64,000 nucleotides of DNA from Candidatus Poseidoniales archaeon. GTDB taxonomy: Archaea; Thermoplasmatota; Poseidoniia; Poseidoniales; Poseidoniaceae. The notes beneath the pieces were generated by a model. That model was not told the DNA's origin. It saw nothing but the letters and a program-made list of their open reading frames with translations, and ran no database searches. The DNA is taken from contig QQSI01000040.1 in NCBI GenBank assembly GCA_003602645.1, positions 4,152 through 68,151 on the forward strand. The letters are read 5' to 3'. This document shows, in pieces, positions 1 through 9,302 of this stretch (its first letter is position 1; each line of letters starts with the position of its first letter). A program made the translations under genes and the position numbers.

Positions 1-246
1 GGCGGGAAGGCATTTGGTCTCATGTGCACGTTAGGAGGGATCGAGAATTCGAACACCCTCAACCACATGCGAATTATGCTGCGCTGGCTTCATGCATGGC
101 CTGTGCCAGAACAACTTGCTGTCGGCCATGTCAAAGAAGCATTTGATGAGCACGGAGATTTGGTCCATGAAGCCACAATTGAACGGCTTGAAGGACTTGT
201 GGCCTCAGTCATTCGCACTGCTGCCTTACTCAAAACCAGCCAGTGA
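1..246 (+). CDS. 3' end of an unidentified gene, truncated at the window edge
   Basis: The reading frame is open from position 1 through the ORF listed at 22..246. There is no recognisable domain. The stop overlaps the next gene's start. Confidence 0.3.
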   Translation, partial: GGKAFGLMCTLGGIENSNTLNHMRIMLRWLHAWPVPEQLAVGHVKEAFDEHGDLVHEATIERLEGLVASVIRTAALLKTSQ

Positions 247-251
247 GAAGC

Positions 252-1052
252 ATGCCCTCAACACGCCCCTCGTTTGATGACGCATTTGGTGGCCGTTACC
301 TTTTGGTCGAACCGGGAACCTATCAAATGGGTGATGGTGCTTCTCGTGGGAATAAGAATGAGCGTCCAGCTCACAAAGTGGACATCGACCAACCTTTCTT
401 CTTTGGCGAACGTCCAGTCACTCAGGCTCACTGGCAGGCGATTATGGAGACCAATCCCTCAAAATTTCAAGAGGGTTGGGCTGCGGGTTTGAGGCCAGTT
501 GAAAACGTTTCATGGAATGATGTTCATGTGTTTCTCGCCCGTTTGAATTCCACAGAACAAGAAACCGTTCGACTCGGGTTTACCGGATCATGGCGCCTGC
601 CATCCGAATCGGAATGGGAATATGTGGCTCGTGCGGGTACGGAGACTCGTTGGGCCTTTGGCGATCGAGATTCTGAGCTCAATGACTATGGTTGGCATGC
701 TGGCAATGCAGGAGCAACAACACGAGAAGTCGGGCAAAAGAAAGCAAATCCTTGGGGTTTTCTTGACATGTACGGTCAAACCGGTGAGTGGTGTCAAGAT
801 GATTACAGCAAAAATTATGAGAATCACGATGGCTCACAGTCTCCTCAAATATCAACAGGAGGCGAACGCAAGGTGCACCGAGGGGGCTCTTGGTTCACTG
901 AATCGGATTCCACCCGAAGCAGGGCACGCGCATCCGCAACTAGGACCACACGTAGCGATGGGATAGGGTTTAGGCTCGTTTGGGCGCCCCAAAAGGCCAA
1001 TGTAGAACCTGAAGTTCCCCATAGCAATGACGACCCTGTATCACAACCCTAG
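252..1052 (+). CDS. Formylglycine-generating enzyme (FGE/SUMF1)-domain protein
   Basis: FGE-sulfatase fold hallmarks are present: ERPAHKVDI, FFFGERPVTQAHW, VSWNDV, WRLPSESEWEYVARAG, GNAGATT, ANPWGFLDMYG, EWCQDDY and HRGGSW. The ATG at 252 is preferred over the GTG at 243. Confidence 0.8.
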   Translation: MPSTRPSFDDAFGGRYLLVEPGTYQMGDGASRGNKNERPAHKVDIDQPFFFGERPVTQAHWQAIMETNPSKFQEGWAAGLRPVENVSWNDVHVFLARLNSTEQETVRLGFTGSWRLPSESEWEYVARAGTETRWAFGDRDSELNDYGWHAGNAGATTREVGQKKANPWGFLDMYGQTGEWCQDDYSKNYENHDGSQSPQISTGGERKVHRGGSWFTESDSTRSRARASATRTTRSDGIGFRLVWAPQKANVEPEVPHSNDDPVSQP

Positions 1053-1374
1053 GTGCTCCAAATCACGTTCTGCACTTGCGATGTGCCAAGCTTCAGATCA
1101 AGATGTTAATGTTCGATTGTACCTCAATGAACCGCTAACAATAGAGGAGTTGAACGGTATCCTATCACGTCTTAAGGGTCCGGTTTCCAAGATTGTACGC
1201 ACAAAGGATACGAAGTTCAAACTTGTAGATTCAACCATGTTGAACCTCGAGGAGGCCGATTCTATTGCTGAATTCCTCTCTCTCCATGGACATCTTATGG
1301 AACGTCCTTTGCTCGATGATGGCACAACTGCCATCATAGGTCGGCCAGTGGAGCATCTGGATCAACTTCTGTGA
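1027..1374 (+). CDS. ArsC/Spx-family protein (arsenate reductase-like)
   Basis: The N-terminus MTTLYHNPRCSKSRSAL matches the ArsC family catalytic-Cys loop (HNPRCSKSR). The length is about 115 aa, typical of the family. Confidence 0.7.
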   Translation: MTTLYHNPRCSKSRSALAMCQASDQDVNVRLYLNEPLTIEELNGILSRLKGPVSKIVRTKDTKFKLVDSTMLNLEEADSIAEFLSLHGHLMERPLLDDGTTAIIGRPVEHLDQLL

Positions 1375-1876
1375 ACTCCCCATCGCCCTCAATTGGCTCT
1401 GAATCAATCGTAAATTCATGACCTAAGTCACCTAATGTTTGGTGCGGTGGCACTTCACCTGGTTGGATGCACCACTTTTGATTGAATGCCTCGTTCAATG
1501 TCGTCATTAAGTTTCGACGTTTCAGCGCATCGATGCCAGCAGCGGTTCGATCGACGACGGGTGCAATCTCCTCTTGGAACGCAGCATTCATGTGTTCACA
1601 CACTTCCTCGAATGTTCGTTGACCATTGGACAACTCCCAAAGCATACTGTTCATTTGATCAAGAGGCCTTCGAACTTCCCTTGGCGCCCTGAATATGCGC
1701 GCCAAAAAACGTTCAAATTTTGAGAACTTTTTTGGGATCCTCAGGATCACCTTTCGCCCAGTCACGCCGGGTACATCCGGATGTTTTGAAGCCTCACCAT
1801 AGCGCCCCCACCACACGGGGACACGGCACGGATATGTCCCTGAATAGGTATGCTTTCCTTTGTCAGCAACTTCCAT
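1334..1876 (-). CDS. PqqD-like domain protein (standalone)
   Basis: The stretch LDQMNSMLWELSNGQRTFEEVCEHMNAAF...EEIAPVVDRTAAGIDALKRRNLM resembles the PqqD fold. It starts with an ATG, and its 3' end overlaps the ArsC-like gene convergently by about 40 nt. Confidence 0.45.
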   Translation of the reverse strand: MEVADKGKHTYSGTYPCRVPVWWGRYGEASKHPDVPGVTGRKVILRIPKKFSKFERFLARIFRAPREVRRPLDQMNSMLWELSNGQRTFEEVCEHMNAAFQEEIAPVVDRTAAGIDALKRRNLMTTLNEAFNQKWCIQPGEVPPHQTLGDLGHEFTIDSEPIEGDGEFTEVDPDAPLADL

Positions 1877-2084
1877 ATTATCACCTCAAAATTCCAACAA
1901 CGTCCAAACCAACAAGGTCAACATCGATGCAACACCGAGCAAGGCCGATAGTCGTGTGGCCTCGACCCGTTCGGAGAAGTTTCGCAAAAACCACGTTGTG
2001 ACACCAAACACCATCACCAACACCCAAAGTGCATACCAGGATGCAGGATATGTGGTCATGTGCCTCGCTGGTGCGGTTCATGTA

Positions 2085-5000
2085 TCATGGTTGTCCTTGA
2101 TTTCTGTCAAGGTATTGCTGACCATAATGCACCCATTGTTCCATTGTCCAACCTGTGGGCAAGCCACCTTCGGGTACAGGTGGATGGGATGATTCGGTTG
2201 ATTGTTCGTGTTCAACTGGAGCTAAGGTCGCCTGCACATCAGGGATAGAGGCCGGTGGTCCGCTTGAGGCTGGCGGTCCAATTTGAACATCTTCTGGGAT
2301 TTCCTTTTCCAAGGTGAAGTCATCTTCATCATCTGAACGGGATCGCAAAAGGAGCACCATGAGGAGCGAGAAGGCAAGCAAAACCGCAATCCCGCCTGCG
2401 ACCACTTCAACCGAAGCACTTACGTCATCCACTGGGCGTTCTTCAAACTGGTATACCTGTGCGCCCTCCCAAGCTATTTCGCCGTCATGTGAAGCGATTA
2501 TGAATGTGATTTTCCCTTCCAATTGACCGCTAAGTCTGTGAAGCGTGCATGGGACATCTTGCAATTGAGGAGTGATATGTCCTGCACCAAACGTGAGATT
2601 TTGTCCATCCGCATCCATCAAGACACCATTGCATACGAGTTGCCATCCATCGGGGATTTGGGCTAGGAAAAGCATGTGTTCTGTTTGGCTTGAAACACTC
2701 GTCATGTTGACATAGAGTGGCACACCAGTCCCAGTGGCATGACTCATGGTATTCGGGACGCTAAGTTCTGCTTCGACGTGGCGTTGTTGATCGACAACGA
2801 TTAACGCCTCATGTTCCAATTCGTAAGGTTGCATTTCTGCATTCATGCCAGCAATAACTTGGAATGTAACGACAATTCTTGTGTTAAGAATCATGTCTTT
2901 GGGGAGAATCAGGTCGACTGTGAGAAGGGTGGATTGGTTTGCCAATAAAGTGATTGTCAGTGGTTCGTTCACAGCTTTTGTACTGCTGCTTAAACCGGTA
3001 GAAAAGAAGGCGACCATATCGGGTACGGGTGGAGAAGCAGATACACTTGCCAAGACGATGATTCCATCATCTGCTGCGTTACCAATATTGGTCAATGTAG
3101 CATTAATGCTGACCGTACCTCCAACAGTTGCCGATGTGGATTCAAATCCCCCTTCCAGTGAAGGTATTCGAACTGACGCCGTGATCGTATCAAAGGTTAC
3201 AATATTGTCTTGGGGTGTCAAATCCTCGAGGCCAAGGGCGTTTACGGCACTGATTGTGACGGTGTGGATTTCACTGGCTGCCTCTTCGCTTGGTACTTGG
3301 ACCCATAATTCTACGGTGGCGTTGTTCTCTAAATCATAAGGTGCAGAGAGTGAAATGGTTCCGTTATGCTGTGATCCATCCACTGTGATCCATGTGCTCC
3401 AGGCCATTGGGAGGTCAATTGTGGCGACGCTAGCCTCGATGGGCCCATTTCCATTATTGACCACTTCCAAGAGGATACGATTGGCAGTACCTGGTCGTAA
3501 TTTTGCAGGCGATTCTAAGAGTTCAATAGAGAGGTCGCTGATCGTTCGTACCACGATTGAATCAAAATCATCACCCGCGATGGTCATTCCACTTCGTTCA
3601 GAGGTAATTTGCGGGGTAATCGTTGGTGCTTTGTCACCGGCTTGGCCAGTTTCAGGTGCGGTTATTTTTGCTGTGAATGTGGTAGTGGCACCCGGATTGA
3701 TGACTGCATTGGGGCGCGTTGGCTGTTCAATGGTCCATAGCGATGAAGGATCATGAAGGATATTCATTGAAAAAATATCTTGACGAGAGGCATTATTCCA
3801 GATTGTAAATTCAACGGTTTTGGTTTCACCAGCATCGATCATCCAGTCCCTTGATGCTTGGTTATGGGTCATACCAACCTCGGCTTCGCTGATCATTGAT
3901 GCGGCAATATCAATGACTAACCCATGGGATTTAGCTGAATTATTTTGTGATTGGGCAAGCATGGTGAACGATACCACTGTGTCGGGAGTGGCTGTTGATG
4001 GAACTGTCATTGTTAGGCCAACCATCACCGGTGTGTCTGGCCGAACGAGGATTGATTCAGATTGAGTCCACGACAATTGAACCATCCATTGCTCTGGTAA
4101 ACTAAATTGATCTAGGGAGAGATCAAAAACATCGGTTGCGTCTCCGATGTTCCTTACCTCAACCTCAAACGGGCATGTGTAGCCGGGCGGGCATGCCGGG
4201 CGTGTTTCTGGTTGGATGACCAATGGTTCACGGTCCGGTAACACTTGGAATTGAACGGGTAATGTCGTGTTGATCGATTGATATTGACTTGATGTTCCTA
4301 TGAATGTCATTTGTTCGAATCCGGTCGTTGCGTTTTCATCCGGCTTAATTTTTACATCAATGGTTTTGCTTTCACCCGGGGCAAGCAACACCCCGGTTTG
4401 TTCGTTGATTGATACACCTGTTTGGTGAGCAAAATACACCTCCCAACCGCTCGGCAATTCATCGACAGAAGGAAGCACATAATCTGAAATGTTTCCATCA
4501 TTGGTTAAACTCACGCTCACCGTTCCCCATTCATTTGGTAGGGAACCCATTGTGGACACACCTGAGGACGAAAGCGCATATTCGATGGGCTTGACTTTTT
4601 GATCATACACAATGACAATGTCATCCAACCAAAAACCCACATCATTGACAGTTGCGTCGGTCGTAAGGATGAACCTAAATTTCGTTGAGGGTGAAAATCC
4701 ACTTTGTGGTGCGGGTATCAACGGTGATGATGTGCCTTGATTGTTGACAGAAAATGTTTGCCATGAGGCACCATCGATGAAGACTTGGTCGATGGTTCCC
4801 GAGATTGTAGCAAGTTCTGTGCTTGTTCCTGCGTTGTTTTGTACGTAGACTTTCAATTCATCACCGGGTTGGGAACTCCCAGTGTAAAAGAAGGAGAGCC
4901 CATTGGTCTGAAGCGGGGCCATCACCGCATCGGACATGTCGAAGGCAGGCGTTTCAAGAACACTTGTCGTTGATGCAGAATACGATGATGCTTCACCGTT

Positions 5001-5645
5001 ACCGGCATGACACGCAGTTCCTTGAGACAACGATGTGTCGGTGCTTAATCCCCATTCATTTGTCGTCGTCCACTGTGTGAGGTCGTTGCAATTAAAGTAA
5101 TGCGAAGCAACGGTGAAATGGCGGTTTCTTTGGTTATTTGAAGGGACGTCATCGAGGATCGTAGAAGTGCCGATCACCTGGATCGAGTGGTTTCCAGAGT
5201 AAGTAGGAGTAAAGGTAAACCCGATGGAATTTGATGCACCACCAGACAATCCTGCCATTTGTTGGGTGATGTTGATCATCTCAAAGAGCTGGTATTCATT
5301 GTGAAGAACCTTCAAGTTCACATCAATGGTACCTGATGGACTTGTCCCCTGGTTTTCTAACGTCACTTCAGCATAAATTGGGACGTTGACAACTGCGTCG
5401 ACGACATATAATTCAGCAGGTCGGTTGAATGCAGGAATTGGATGGTTCGAAGAAAACATACGGTATTTCGCTTCATCCACACTCGTTGTGTATGAAAAAG
5501 AGGTATTCGTTACTGTAACATCAACACCTGTGGCTTTCGCATTGCTCTGCAGAGGAGATTCTTCTTCAGGCGCCAATTGGGTGATTGGACTTGCAGTACC
5601 CATGACAAACAGAAGAACCAACAAAATTGCGGGGGCTCTTTTCAT
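2085..5645 (-). CDS. Giant cell-surface protein with an N-terminal signal peptide, repeated CARDB-like beta-sandwich segments and a C-terminal TM anchor with a cytoplasmic tail
   Basis: The ORF is about 1,190-1,210 aa. MKRAPAILLVLLFVMGTASP is a classic signal peptide. The ATG at 5645 is preferred over the upstream GTG at 5717. The body is rich in Thr, Ser, Asn and Gly, with repeated motifs such as L.PGES.T..V.V.P. The C-terminus carries a TM helix (VVAGGIAVLLAFSLLMVLLL), then RSRSDDEDD and a Pro/Ser-rich tail. Confidence 0.75.
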   Translation of the reverse strand: MKRAPAILLVLLFVMGTASPITQLAPEEESPLQSNAKATGVDVTVTNTSFSYTTSVDEAKYRMFSSNHPIPAFNRPAELYVVDAVVNVPIYAEVTLENQGTSPSGTIDVNLKVLHNEYQLFEMINITQQMAGLSGGASNSIGFTFTPTYSGNHSIQVIGTSTILDDVPSNNQRNRHFTVASHYFNCNDLTQWTTTNEWGLSTDTSLSQGTACHAGNGEASSYSASTTSVLETPAFDMSDAVMAPLQTNGLSFFYTGSSQPGDELKVYVQNNAGTSTELATISGTIDQVFIDGASWQTFSVNNQGTSSPLIPAPQSGFSPSTKFRFILTTDATVNDVGFWLDDIVIVYDQKVKPIEYALSSSGVSTMGSLPNEWGTVSVSLTNDGNISDYVLPSVDELPSGWEVYFAHQTGVSINEQTGVLLAPGESKTIDVKIKPDENATTGFEQMTFIGTSSQYQSINTTLPVQFQVLPDREPLVIQPETRPACPPGYTCPFEVEVRNIGDATDVFDLSLDQFSLPEQWMVQLSWTQSESILVRPDTPVMVGLTMTVPSTATPDTVVSFTMLAQSQNNSAKSHGLVIDIAASMISEAEVGMTHNQASRDWMIDAGETKTVEFTIWNNASRQDIFSMNILHDPSSLWTIEQPTRPNAVINPGATTTFTAKITAPETGQAGDKAPTITPQITSERSGMTIAGDDFDSIVVRTISDLSIELLESPAKLRPGTANRILLEVVNNGNGPIEASVATIDLPMAWSTWITVDGSQHNGTISLSAPYDLENNATVELWVQVPSEEAASEIHTVTISAVNALGLEDLTPQDNIVTFDTITASVRIPSLEGGFESTSATVGGTVSINATLTNIGNAADDGIIVLASVSASPPVPDMVAFFSTGLSSSTKAVNEPLTITLLANQSTLLTVDLILPKDMILNTRIVVTFQVIAGMNAEMQPYELEHEALIVVDQQRHVEAELSVPNTMSHATGTGVPLYVNMTSVSSQTEHMLFLAQIPDGWQLVCNGVLMDADGQNLTFGAGHITPQLQDVPCTLHRLSGQLEGKITFIIASHDGEIAWEGAQVYQFEERPVDDVSASVEVVAGGIAVLLAFSLLMVLLLRSRSDDEDDFTLEKEIPEDVQIGPPASSGPPASIPDVQATLAPVEHEQSTESSHPPVPEGGLPTGWTMEQWVHYGQQYLDRNQGQP

Positions 5646-5691
5646 GGCGCTCGCTCTGCTACACCGCTTCAAGGTATATGAGGAGAGTGGC

Positions 5692-6555
5692 TCATTCATT
5701 TTCCGAAGTTGATTCACGCCCTAGAGCATTTTCTATATCGTCTTCGGACTGTTTGAGTTTGACAGCATCTCGCTTCTCCTTTGCATTGGCTGCCCAATAC
5801 ACAGTAAAAGATGGGATAAGGACCATCGAGAAACACCCGGCAACGGCAGCGAGCGCCCACAAAAATTCAGTCGCAGCATCAACAGAAAACGGTTCTATGG
5901 TTGCGAATTCTTCATTCACCGTGGTGATGCTCATCGCAGGGGCTGTCGTTCGGTTGCCTCGTTCGATGATCTCGACCCTAATGAGCGAGGGTGAGTGCTC
6001 ATATTCAATGGCCTGTTCAGCCTTTACTTGCGCATCTTCAATGGTCTGGGCGTACACCGTACCGTTCGAACGACGCGCTGGGTCTGTGCTCGTTAGGGCA
6101 TTGATCCGTACATCGCCTCCATCCTCGGCAATGTAGGAGTGGGAGGTGTTCTTCTGGCAAGATTCTCTACAGCTAAACCCATCGGCATCCTCAGAACCCA
6201 AGAGTGGGTGACTGAACAAACCAGCGCCGTTAATCAAACGGACCTCGGCACCATTCGATACTTCTGTTGCGGTCAAATTAACCCACGTCAAATTTGCTCC
6301 ATTTGCCGGGACTGACCATGTCCAGGTTGTTGTGTTTTGATCGCCTTGGTAGATTCTGGTTGGTTCAATTTCCTGATGAAGGGTGGTGTTGGTATCGGTC
6401 TCGTAGAGGTAATAGGAAGGGGAGATCGTAGCACCGTAGACGGCGTACGAGAGCATGAAAATAAGTGTAAAGGAGAGCCCTAACAGGGTTCGTAGCAGGT
6501 TCGGGTTTTGAGCCAAAGCCTTCCTCATCGGGTTTAGGACGGACACGCCCTTCAT
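5692..6555 (-). CDS. Membrane-anchored secreted protein of unknown function
   Basis: It has an N-terminal hydrophobic segment (LLRTLLGLSFTLIFMLSYAVYG), an extracellular region rich in Asn, Thr and Ser, and a C-terminal TM helix (FLWALAAVAGCFSMVLIPSF) followed by a charged tail. It lies directly upstream of the giant surface protein on the same strand, and the two genes overlap. Confidence 0.55.
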   Translation of the reverse strand: MKGVSVLNPMRKALAQNPNLLRTLLGLSFTLIFMLSYAVYGATISPSYYLYETDTNTTLHQEIEPTRIYQGDQNTTTWTWSVPANGANLTWVNLTATEVSNGAEVRLINGAGLFSHPLLGSEDADGFSCRESCQKNTSHSYIAEDGGDVRINALTSTDPARRSNGTVYAQTIEDAQVKAEQAIEYEHSPSLIRVEIIERGNRTTAPAMSITTVNEEFATIEPFSVDAATEFLWALAAVAGCFSMVLIPSFTVYWAANAKEKRDAVKLKQSEDDIENALGRESTSENE

Positions 6556-6677
6556 CAACCCTTGTCTGCCGCATGTATCTGGTGAGAAAACGCCACACGG
6601 CGTGAGTTGTTGTACCGCTTAGCACCCGCTCTCTTCATATAGGGGCGTAAGGTCGGCAAATTGCTTGGTGTATTGTC

Positions 6678-7169
6678 ATGACGACTCTCTATGATATCCC
6701 CGCAGAACTCTTGAACCCTGCTCTTGCTGCGCGTTTGGCCGCTGAAAAGGCTGTTGAAACACCAGATTGGGCTGAATTTGTCAAAACTGGAGTCTCTCGT
6801 GAACGCCCTCCAAGTCAAGAAAACTGGTGGTTCTTGCGATCGGCCGCACTCATGCGAAAAATCGCACGTGAAGGCCCAATCGGTGTGACCCACCTCTCGC
6901 AAGCTTACGGTGGACGCAAGGACAACGGTGCAGCACCCAACACCCCCGGTGTTGCTTCCCGCCACATCATTCGAACCTCGCTTCAACAACTCGAAGCCTC
7001 TGGCCTCGTTGAAAAAGTTCCAACTCGAACCGTGGACACCGAAGACGGGCCTGTCCAACTTTACGCAGGTCGTCGCATCACTGCAGCCGGGCAAAAGATG
7101 ATTGACTCTGTTGCTCACGAATGTCGCCCAGCAGCAGAAGAACAATTCCCAGGTCTATCCAAGTACTGA
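6678..7169 (+). CDS. rps19e: Ribosomal protein S19e (eS19)
   Basis: Characteristic eS19 motifs are present: PDWAEFVKTG, ENWWFLRSAALMRK and the GRR element near the C-terminus. Confidence 0.9.
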   Translation: MTTLYDIPAELLNPALAARLAAEKAVETPDWAEFVKTGVSRERPPSQENWWFLRSAALMRKIAREGPIGVTHLSQAYGGRKDNGAAPNTPGVASRHIIRTSLQQLEASGLVEKVPTRTVDTEDGPVQLYAGRRITAAGQKMIDSVAHECRPAAEEQFPGLSKY

Positions 7170-7194
7170 CGAGGACGTGAAGAGGGTGGCCAGC

Positions 7195-7554
7195 ATGTCG
7201 ACATCGCACGATGATGAACTCAACATGCTCCGAGAACAACGCCGGGCTGCGCTCCAACAACAACTCGAGGCTCAAGCAGCACAGCAAGCCGATGCAGAAG
7301 TACAGGCACAACAAGCACAAGCAGAAGCAGCTCAACTCGATGGGGCAATGCGAACGCTTCTCTCGAACGATGCCCGTTCTCGCCTAGCAACCGTCGCCCT
7401 GGCTACACCTGCTCGCGCCGCATCCATCAAACAAAACATCGTTCAACTTCACTCACAGGGTAAATTCCAAGCCCCTATGTCTGATGATCAACTGAAACAG
7501 TTGCTCGCTTCACACTCCAAGAGCCGCCGTAGTGCGTCCATCCGAAGAATCTGA
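7195..7554 (+). CDS. PDCD5/TFAR19-family dsDNA-binding protein
   Basis: [20 protein letters not shown]...[32 protein letters not shown]...SDDQLKQLL matches the archaeal PDCD5-like family. The ATG at 7195 is preferred; the longer ORF at 7102 overlaps S19e. Confidence 0.8.
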   Translation: MSTSHDDELNMLREQRRAALQQQLEAQAAQQADAEVQAQQAQAEAAQLDGAMRTLLSNDARSRLATVALATPARAASIKQNIVQLHSQGKFQAPMSDDQLKQLLASHSKSRRSASIRRI

Positions 7555-7568
7555 GAAGGTGCTCGAAC

Positions 7569-7724
7569 ATGTCAAGAAATAAACCAGCAGCAAAAAAAAT
7601 CCGCCTCATGAAGGCAGGCAAGCAGAACCGGCGTGTCCCAGTTTGGGTCATGCTAAAGACCGACCGAAACACTGTGTCGCATCCTAAGCGACACCACTGG
7701 CGCCGTAGTAAGCTCCAACGCTGA
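7569..7724 (+). CDS. rpl39e: Ribosomal protein L39e (eL39)
   Basis: My own translation gives [51 protein letters not shown], 51 aa. It is absent from the ORF track because it is under 60 aa. This is the canonical eL39 sequence and position, between the PDCD5-like gene and L31e. Confidence 0.9.
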   Translation: MSRNKPAAKKIRLMKAGKQNRRVPVWVMLKTDRNTVSHPKRHHWRRSKLQR

Positions 7725-7735
7725 GGTGAAGAAGT

Positions 7736-8011
7736 ATGGTACGACCAAATGAATCCGAACTCATCGTCCCACTCCGTAAGGCCTGGGCCATCACCAGGTA
7801 CAAGCGCGCTCCTCGAGCAATGCAAATCATCCGAGAACATGTCATTCAGCACCTCAGTGTGAGGGAAGATGAAGAAGTGTGGATTGACCCCTCAGTCAAC
7901 GAACACATCTGGGCTCGTGGCATTGAAAATCCACCTCGAAAAATCAAGCTCCATGTGACACGTCACGATGAGCCTGATATTCCAATCGAAGTCAAACTAT
8001 CAACGGAGTGA
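7736..8011 (+). CDS. rpl31e: Ribosomal protein L31e (eL31)
   Basis: PLRKAW...RAPRAMQIIREHV...WARGIENPPRKIKL matches eL31. GAGGTGA lies upstream of the ATG. Confidence 0.9.
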   Translation: MVRPNESELIVPLRKAWAITRYKRAPRAMQIIREHVIQHLSVREDEEVWIDPSVNEHIWARGIENPPRKIKLHVTRHDEPDIPIEVKLSTE

Positions 8012-8017
8012 TCATTT

Positions 8018-8209
8018 ATGGGAAATATTCGACCAAGTTTTATCAAAATCCGAGCTATCCATCTTGTTGAAGATCACGGAGAAAAATTCACCGATGATTT
8101 TGACCACAACAAGAAGATGGTCCAACAACTCACTGATGTTGAGTCCAAAAAACTCCGCAACTGGATCGCTGGATACGTCACGCGATACCGACAACGCCGA
8201 GTCGACTGA
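8018..8209 (+). CDS. rps17e: Ribosomal protein S17e (eS17)
   Basis: [57 protein letters not shown] has the eS17 signature. Confidence 0.9.
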   Translation: MGNIRPSFIKIRAIHLVEDHGEKFTDDFDHNKKMVQQLTDVESKKLRNWIAGYVTRYRQRRVD

Positions 8210-8223
8210 GCAGGTGCTTCGAC

Positions 8224-8454
8224 GTGGCTCTGCGAGTCAACTGGGACCGCACTCCTGTGTCTGTGCATCACGACAGCAAAGAAGTTCTTGAGTTGCTGAT
8301 TCTGCACCTAAGAAACAAACATGGTCTTCGCAAGCGCTCCATCGTGATGGAGGATCGTGAAGAAGGCCCTGGCCACCTGTTTTTTTTGTATCAACCGTGT
8401 GATCCACGGTGGATCGCTGAATTCGATATCACAAAATTTTCTGAGGAGGAATGA
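8224..8454 (+). CDS. Hypothetical small protein with a GTG start, coupled to the downstream methyltransferase
   Basis: A 76-aa ORF fills the gap between S17e and the SPOUT methyltransferase. Its stop overlaps the methyltransferase ATG (ATGA). It has no recognisable domain and could be a non-coding leader instead. Confidence 0.25.
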   Translation: MALRVNWDRTPVSVHHDSKEVLELLILHLRNKHGLRKRSIVMEDREEGPGHLFFLYQPCDPRWIAEFDITKFSEEE

Positions 8455-9296
8455 AGAAAATGGGTGACCGGAGCACACTTCCGTTGCCTCAATCCACCTA
8501 CGGCCTTGAAATTGTATTGATTGGCGTTTCTCATCCCGGCAACCTTGGTGCCGTTTGCCGGAGCATGTTGAATTATGGATTTGCTAACTTGAGGCTGGTC
8601 AATCCCAAATGTGAACCGGATCATATCGAGGCAAGAAACCGGGCCAAACATGCAGGGCGTATCCTCGACCAGTGCGCTGTGTACGATTCTCTTGATGCAG
8701 CAACAGAAGATGCCTCGATGATCATTGGCACGTCTGGAAAACGAGAAATTGGTTCGAAAACAAATTTTAGGCACTTCGTCTATCCATGGGAACTTTCAGA
8801 ACGCTTGGAAGGTTTTACCGGCAAAGTCTGTCTTGTATTCGGTGAAGAAGGAAAGGGGATGTCCACGGAAGACTTGGCGAAATGCGACTATCTTGTCACC
8901 CTCCCTACCTGGGAAGGCTACCCAATTGCCAACCTCTCTCACGCCGTGAATGCGTGTGTTTACGAATTACATCGGAACCGAGTAATTGCTCGACAAGGCA
9001 AGGAACAAGGGTTGCCCGACGTGGTCCCCCTTGAACGGTCGCTCAATCCTGAGTTGAAACAAATCCTTCATCAAACAGTTCGCGAATTAGCGAATGCCCT
9101 TCCCGGAAACGATGAGCGACGTCAGAGTTTTGGACAATCCCTTACGCGTTCAATCATGCGTTCTATGCCAACGCAAGGGGAGGCGACGAGAATGATTGGT
9201 GGTCTTCTTGATGCGACCACTGCAATCCAATACGTCGAGGGCAACGAGGAGTGGCGCAGCCAACGAAGGCGTAAAATCAGTCCTGAGGAAGAATGA
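8451..9296 (+). CDS. SPOUT (SpoU/TrmJ-like) RNA 2'-O-methyltransferase with a C-terminal extension
   Basis: GVSHPGNLGAVCRSMLNYGFANLRLVNP, IGTSGKRE, LVFGEEGKGMSTEDLAKCDYLVTLPT and ANLSHAVNACVYEL are TrmJ/TrmH-type SPOUT motifs. A C-terminal extension of about 100 aa follows. Confidence 0.75.
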   Translation: MKKMGDRSTLPLPQSTYGLEIVLIGVSHPGNLGAVCRSMLNYGFANLRLVNPKCEPDHIEARNRAKHAGRILDQCAVYDSLDAATEDASMIIGTSGKREIGSKTNFRHFVYPWELSERLEGFTGKVCLVFGEEGKGMSTEDLAKCDYLVTLPTWEGYPIANLSHAVNACVYELHRNRVIARQGKEQGLPDVVPLERSLNPELKQILHQTVRELANALPGNDERRQSFGQSLTRSIMRSMPTQGEATRMIGGLLDATTAIQYVEGNEEWRSQRRRKISPEEE

Positions 9297-9302
9297 GTCC
9301 AT

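Noticed and set aside
2845-3756. Several ORFs of 130-165 aa on the plus strand within the giant surface-protein gene
   Set aside because: They lie antisense inside a long, well-supported minus-strand CDS with a signal peptide, and they have no domain signal. I treat them as shadow ORFs.
6555-7145. A 196-aa ORF on the minus strand overlapping the S19e gene
   Set aside because: It is fully antisense to a highly conserved ribosomal protein gene, has no recognisable motif, and has an odd composition rich in Cys and Trp. It is almost certainly a shadow ORF.
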